Assembly: GCA_963730935.1 (NCBI GenBank)
Contig: CAVSTP010000004.1
Coordinates: 896,001-960,000, forward strand
Source of the DNA: an uncultured Nitrospiraceae bacterium
GTDB lineage: Bacteria; Nitrospirota; Nitrospiria; Nitrospirales; Nitrospiraceae
Length of the DNA: 64,000 bases
Direction: 5' to 3'
In this document: positions 59,182 to 64,000 of the stretch, piece after piece
How the letters are laid out: every line of letters starts with the position of its first letter
Numbering within the stretch: position 1 is the stretch's first letter
Notes under the pieces: generated by a model
The model's database searches: none
What the model saw: only the letters and a program-made list of their open reading frames with translations
What the model was told of the DNA's origin: nothing
Translations under genes and position numbers: made by a program

Positions 59182-60075
59182 ATGGACATTGGATTCGTCG
59201 GCCTCGGAAAAATGGGCTTGAACATGGTGACGCGGTTGCAGCGCGCCGGACATCAGGTGACCGCCTATGACCGATCCGCGGATGCGCTCGCGAACGCCAC
59301 CGCTGCGGGCTGCACCGGTGCGGCCTCACTCGCGGATCTGGTGCAGCGACTCAAGGCTCCTCGTGCTGTCTGGATCATGGTCCCCTCCGGCCCGCCGACC
59401 GAAGAAACGGTGCAAGCGGTCGCCGCGCTGCTCGCACCCGGTGACGTCATCATCGACGGCGGCAATACGCGATTTCACGACGATGTCCGTCGGTCGAAAG
59501 AGTTGGCTACCAAGAAGCTGCAGTACATCGATGCCGGCACGAGCGGGGGAATTTGGGGTCTGAAAAACGGCTACTGCCTCATGGTCGGCGGCAACAAGGA
59601 GGTGGTCGACCGGCTGGCGCCCATTTTCGAGACCCTCGCGCCACCGAACGGCTGGGCGCATGTCGGTGCAGCCGGGGCCGGCCACTATGTCAAGATGGTG
59701 CATAACGGGATCGAATACAGCCTGATGCAGGGGTATGCGGAAGGCTTCGAGCTGATGTCGAAAAGTGAATACCGTCTCGATCTTTCCCGCATCGCCGACC
59801 TCTGGTTGCAAGGCAGCGTCGTGCGGTCCTGGTTGTTGGAACTCGCCGCCAGCGCGCTCAAGGAAGATTCCAGGCTCGAGCGACTCAAAGGCTACGTGCA
59901 GGACTCCGGCGAAGGCCGTTGGATGGTGGCGGACGCCATCGACAAGGATGTACCCGTGCCGACGTTGACTGCCGCACTCTTCACGCGATTCCGCTCGCGG
60001 CAGACCGAAACGTTCGCCGAGAAAATGCTGGCGGCCCTGCGCAATGCGTTCGGCGGCCACGCTGTCAAGCGATAG
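59182..60075 (+). CDS. gnd: 6-phosphogluconate dehydrogenase (decarboxylating), short form
   Basis: GLGKMG; DGGN; KMVHNGIEY; DSGEGRW; FGGH. Confidence 0.95.
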   Translation: MDIGFVGLGKMGLNMVTRLQRAGHQVTAYDRSADALANATAAGCTGAASLADLVQRLKAPRAVWIMVPSGPPTEETVQAVAALLAPGDVIIDGGNTRFHDDVRRSKELATKKLQYIDAGTSGGIWGLKNGYCLMVGGNKEVVDRLAPIFETLAPPNGWAHVGAAGAGHYVKMVHNGIEYSLMQGYAEGFELMSKSEYRLDLSRIADLWLQGSVVRSWLLELAASALKEDSRLERLKGYVQDSGEGRWMVADAIDKDVPVPTLTAALFTRFRSRQTETFAEKMLAALRNAFGGHAVKR

Positions 60076-60085
60076 GATCACGCCC

Positions 60086-61621
60086 ATGCCGCCCCCGCCC
60101 CGGATCGATATCACTCCCGCTCAAGAAGCCCTCGCGCCGGTCGAGCCGTGCACGCTCGTCATCTTCGGCGGATCCGGCGATCTGGCGCGCCGCCGCTTGA
60201 TTCCCGCGCTCTATAATTTGATGCTCGACGGACTGCTCCCGGCAAACTTCGCCGTACTCGGGCTCGGCCGAAAATCCATGACCGACGAGGACTTTCGGAC
60301 AACGCTGCGCGAAGGCGTGCTGACGCATTCGCGTCAGCCCTTGAAGGAAGACCGCTGGAGTGTGTTCGCCGAACGGCTGTTCTACCTCGCCGGTGGAAAC
60401 GAAGATCGGCAGACCTATACCGCGCTGAAAGCCCGCATCGAAGACATCGAACGCCAGTTTGGATTGCCGGGCAACCACATTTTCTACTTGAGCATCCCGC
60501 CCAGCTCGTTTACCGCCGTCTGCGAAGGGCTCGAGCATTCGGAACTCGCCGTTCATAGGGACCGGCCGTATGCCAGGATCATCGTCGAAAAACCCGTGGG
60601 CCGCGATCTCTCCTCCGCGCAACAGATCAATGCCGTGACCGGACGCGTCTTCGACGAGTCGCAGATCTTCCGGATCGACCACTATCTGGGCAAAGAAACC
60701 GTCCAGAACCTCATGGTGGTTCGATTCGCCAACAGCATCTTCGAGCCGATTTGGAATCACAAGTACATCGACCACGTCCAGATCACGGTCAGCGAAGCGG
60801 AAGGCGTCGGCACCAGGGCCACCTATTACGAGGAAGCCGGCGCGCTGCGCGACATGGTTCAAAACCATATGCTCCAACTGCTCTGCCTTGTCGCCATGGA
60901 GCCACCCTACTCGCTCGATCCGGACGTCGTCAGGAATGCCAAAATGGAGGTTCTGCGTTGTTTACGGCCGATCACGGGCAAGGACGTGGAGACGTTTACA
61001 GTCCGTGCACAATATGCTGCGGGCGTCGTGGGGGGGAACCCGGTACCTGGCTACCGCCGCGAGCCGGGAGTGAAGCCCGACTCAACCACGGAAACCTATG
61101 TCGCCCTCAAGTGTTTCGTGGAGAACTGGCGCTGGTCCGGCGTGCCGTTTTATTTGCGAACCGGGAAGACCCTCCCGCATCGGGCCAGCGAGGTGGCGGT
61201 CCAATTCAAGGACATTCCGCAGATCTTGTTCAACGCCAACCCTCAGCACCCGCAGCCCGCCAACGTCCTGGCCCTGCGCATCCAACCGGAAGAAGGCTTA
61301 TCGTTGCGCATCGTCTCCCGAGTCCCGGGCACCAGAGAGCAAACCCATCCGGTGGAGATGGCTTTTAAGTATGCCGAAGTGTTCGGCCGGCCTTCGCCTG
61401 AAGCCTATGAACGGCTGTTACTGGATGTGATGGCCGGCGATGCATCGCGATTCATGCGGAGAGATGCGGTCGAGGCGTCCTGGGCGTGGATCACGAGAAT
61501 CCTAGAAGCGTGGCAGCAGCAGGGGACCCGATGGCTGCCGGAATATCCCGCCGGCACTCCCGGACCCGTCGAAGCGGATCGACTTATCCAGCAGGACGGC
61601 CGGACTTGGAGACCTCTGTAA
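60086..61621 (+). CDS. zwf: Glucose-6-phosphate 1-dehydrogenase
   Basis: GGSGDL; EKPVG; RIDHYLGKE; PFYLRTGK. Confidence 0.96.
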   Translation: MPPPPRIDITPAQEALAPVEPCTLVIFGGSGDLARRRLIPALYNLMLDGLLPANFAVLGLGRKSMTDEDFRTTLREGVLTHSRQPLKEDRWSVFAERLFYLAGGNEDRQTYTALKARIEDIERQFGLPGNHIFYLSIPPSSFTAVCEGLEHSELAVHRDRPYARIIVEKPVGRDLSSAQQINAVTGRVFDESQIFRIDHYLGKETVQNLMVVRFANSIFEPIWNHKYIDHVQITVSEAEGVGTRATYYEEAGALRDMVQNHMLQLLCLVAMEPPYSLDPDVVRNAKMEVLRCLRPITGKDVETFTVRAQYAAGVVGGNPVPGYRREPGVKPDSTTETYVALKCFVENWRWSGVPFYLRTGKTLPHRASEVAVQFKDIPQILFNANPQHPQPANVLALRIQPEEGLSLRIVSRVPGTREQTHPVEMAFKYAEVFGRPSPEAYERLLLDVMAGDASRFMRRDAVEASWAWITRILEAWQQQGTRWLPEYPAGTPGPVEADRLIQQDGRTWRPL

Positions 61622-61943
61622 TTGGCCGTTGCAGCGGCTCAAGTTGTCTGAGAATCTCCTCTTTCGTGCCGAGACCGCCGATGAACCGCTCGAACTGTCC
61701 TCCGCGGTAGAGTGCCAGTGCGGGCAAGGAAGTAATTTCCAGCTCGGACGGAATTTGAAAATTCTCCTCGACGTTCATTTTGAGCACCAGGAGCGCTCCG
61801 CCCACCTCCCCGACAAGCCGCTCCAGCTGCCGAGTCAACGCCCGGCATCCGCCGCAGCCCGGTTTCCAGAACTCCACCAGCACCGGCACTTGCGAACGCC
61901 CGACGACCCTGTCGAAATCCCGATCCGAGACGTCGGAGATCAT
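61584..61943 (-). CDS. Thioredoxin-family protein
   Basis: PVLVEFWKPGCGGC; SLP cis-Pro loop; RBS GGAGG. Confidence 0.85.
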   Translation of the reverse strand: MISDVSDRDFDRVVGRSQVPVLVEFWKPGCGGCRALTRQLERLVGEVGGALLVLKMNVEENFQIPSELEITSLPALALYRGGQFERFIGGLGTKEEILRQLEPLQRPITEVSKSGRPAG

Positions 61944-61957
61944 GACGTCCTTCCTCC

Positions 61958-62578
61958 CTAATTGCTTGCCGCTGGCTTCGAGAACACCCGGTCGTACAAC
62001 AAGCGGGCCAGCAGGCGATAGCCGGCCGTCGTCAAATGTAGCCCGTCGTTGGAGTAGGGCGCCGCCAACTGGCGCGTTTCGGGATCGACGGTCGCGGTGA
62101 AGAGATCGACCCATGCCAAGTGTTTCGACACGGCATAGTCCCGAATCAAACCATTCAGTACCTGCCGTCGCTCCAAATGCTGCTCGAGCCACGCCTCGGC
62201 TTCAGGACCTGCCCCACTGAGTTCCACACGTACCGACGGGACTGTCACGGGAACCGGAATGATTTCCGACGCTCGGGCCAGTTCATACATTTTCATGAGG
62301 TTCCTCATGATGTCCTCAGGGGGGGCATTCCAACCGAGATCGTTGGTTCCCCCGAGGACCACAGCATACTCTGGCCGATGCTGCAACACGTCTTGCCGGA
62401 ACCGCATGGCCATTTCACTGGTCAACTCGCCGCAGATCCCACTGACTCGAATTTCAACGGACGGCCCGAGCCATTCCTGCAGGAAGTGGCCGTAGGGCGT
62501 CTCTTGTCCCCCCGGATACTCCGGCGTGGGTGATTGAAAACCGGCCGTTAAACTGTCGCCGAAACAAATGATGGTCAC
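61958..62578 (-). CDS. SGNH/GDSL hydrolase
   Basis: GDSL; GTND; DGLH. Confidence 0.92.
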   Translation of the reverse strand: MTIICFGDSLTAGFQSPTPEYPGGQETPYGHFLQEWLGPSVEIRVSGICGELTSEMAMRFRQDVLQHRPEYAVVLGGTNDLGWNAPPEDIMRNLMKMYELARASEIIPVPVTVPSVRVELSGAGPEAEAWLEQHLERRQVLNGLIRDYAVSKHLAWVDLFTATVDPETRQLAAPYSNDGLHLTTAGYRLLARLLYDRVFSKPAASN

Positions 62579-62751
62579 GATGGTCCTCCGACGCCCAGGC
62601 CTAGGGCGCTACGACCGAGGCCGTCGATTCTACTGACTCGGCTCCATGTAGGACAACTACGCAGTTCTTATTGGATTCTCTGAGATGACGTGGAATCCAA
62701 AACTTGTGAATTCCTTGACCAAATCTCGGCTTACCGGTACGACAGACAGTA

Positions 62752-64000
62752 ATGTCTGACCTCAAAGCTGCCCAGGACATGATGGCGGCCGCCGTGGCCG
62801 CAAAGTCCACTGTTGACCCAGAACTGGGCTCCGTCACCCAACTGCTGAAGTCGCTGGATCGCGCATCGAAAAATGTCCGCACTTTCGGCCATCAGAACAC
62901 CGTTGCCAAGAAGTTTTTTGATCAGTTTTACACTGAATTGACCAACCATGTGGAACGCTACAACGCCCTGACCTTCATCGTCCAACGCGAAGGCCTGTTC
63001 TTCAAGGACACGTCCGTGTACAACTCGCAGGCGGGAGAATCGAGCGAAAACTTTGCCTTCAAGCTCTACAGCGACGGCATCAGAGAACTGACGTTTCAAC
63101 AGGGCATTGAACAGGACGACGTCATGTTCTTCTTCGACGCCCTCTGGAACACGAGTGGCACGGCGGGCAATGAAGACGACGACATCGTCACCCGGCTGTG
63201 GTCGAAAAACCTGCCGGCTGTTACGATCGTCACCGCCGACGAGGTCATGAAGCTGTCGGAAGTGGAAGATGTGCTGGCTCCGCAGGTCAAGCCCATGGCG
63301 GAGGGCTCGTTGAGAGAAATTCTGGACGAGGCAAACGCCAAGAACGTCAAGGAGGGTAAAGGAGACCCGCAGCGGAAATCCAGGCTGTCGACCAGCGTCA
63401 TGGGCTATGAAGTGACCGCGGAAGAAATGGCCGCGTTGGCGCGCGACATTACAGAAGAATCCAACCGAGACAGCATTCTGTATCTTCTCGACATCCTCAC
63501 CGCAGTCCTGTCCTCCGAACGGTCTCCGGAACTCTTGAACAAGCTGTTCGACATTTTCGAAGGCATTCTCCGCTCACTCTTCCAAGGCGGTCACTGGAAC
63601 ACGGTCGAGCATGTGTTGGGGCTGCTTTCGGAGGCAGAGGGGATTCGACAGGACTTGACTGAGGCGCACAAACAGAAACTGCGGGGCATGTTCGACCAGC
63701 TCGGCAGTCAGGAGCTGGTCACGCTGATTCAACAATATCTCAACACGGCCGACAAGCCCCGCACGGAAGGGCTCGACACGGTGTTGCTCATGATGAAACC
63801 GTCGGCCATGCCTGCCCTATGCGCGCTGCTCGGCGATCTGCAGCAACCGGCCCATCAGGGGCTGATCGCCAATGCACTGGTCGAGCTGGCCAAGGACACT
63901 CCCGAGGTCCTACTCAAGCATCTGACCGATCGCCGGCCGACGTTTGTCCGCAACCTTCTTGGAATCATCACCCGCTGGAACAATCCGAAATTGGCCGAAG
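62752..64000 (+). CDS. Probable HEAT-repeat protein (3'-truncated; missing from ORF track)
   Basis: Frame from ATG 62752 (MSDLKAAQDMM...KLYSDGIRELTF...DDIVTRLW) appears open to the window end; helical repeats near the end. Confidence 0.75.
   Translation, partial: MSDLKAAQDMMAAAVAAKSTVDPELGSVTQLLKSLDRASKNVRTFGHQNTVAKKFFDQFYTELTNHVERYNALTFIVQREGLFFKDTSVYNSQAGESSENFAFKLYSDGIRELTFQQGIEQDDVMFFFDALWNTSGTAGNEDDDIVTRLWSKNLPAVTIVTADEVMKLSEVEDVLAPQVKPMAEGSLREILDEANAKNVKEGKGDPQRKSRLSTSVMGYEVTAEEMAALARDITEESNRDSILYLLDILTAVLSSERSPELLNKLFDIFEGILRSLFQGGHWNTVEHVLGLLSEAEGIRQDLTEAHKQKLRGMFDQLGSQELVTLIQQYLNTADKPRTEGLDTVLLMMKPSAMPALCALLGDLQQPAHQGLIANALVELAKDTPEVLLKHLTDRRPTFVRNLLGIITRWNNPKLAE

Noticed and set aside
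62601..63401. Minus-strand ORFs in the track
   Set aside because: Mostly shadows of the long plus-strand ORF starting at 62752

Overview
64-kb bacterial chromosomal segment, GC-rich. The gene content suggests a Nitrospira-like organism (inference only): stand-alone PilZ proteins, an Slp lipoprotein, a DUF3365 c-heme protein, many small lipoproteins and a HEAT-repeat protein. Positions ~1.7-49 kb are an accessory-like patchwork of single genes: stress and detox enzymes, methyltransferases, SRPBCC/VOC proteins, Ada/AlkA-Ogt, OxyR with cytochrome c peroxidase, and at least four gene remnants. Positions ~49.5-64 kb look like core genome: nfeD-slipin, K+/H+ antiporter, a proA-like gene, ltaE, gnd-zwf, thioredoxin. 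I found no rRNA, tRNA, CRISPR array, integrase or transposase. Best leads: (1) an isolated MotA/ZorA-like plus MotB/ZorB-like pair with a long helical tail and no acidic residue in the partner's TM helix; (2) a recurring TAGG-N6-CCTA palindrome, including one copy beside a stand-alone LuxR-type HTH gene and one beside that pair; (3) a near-identical sigma70-type promoter module in front of unrelated genes; (4) a secreted (GGT[L/V]P)13 repeat protein next to CsgG/LpoB-like lipoproteins; (5) a ProA homolog lacking its catalytic Cys; (6) a structured, uORF-chained leader before a CBS gene. All family calls come from motif recognition by eye, not database searches.
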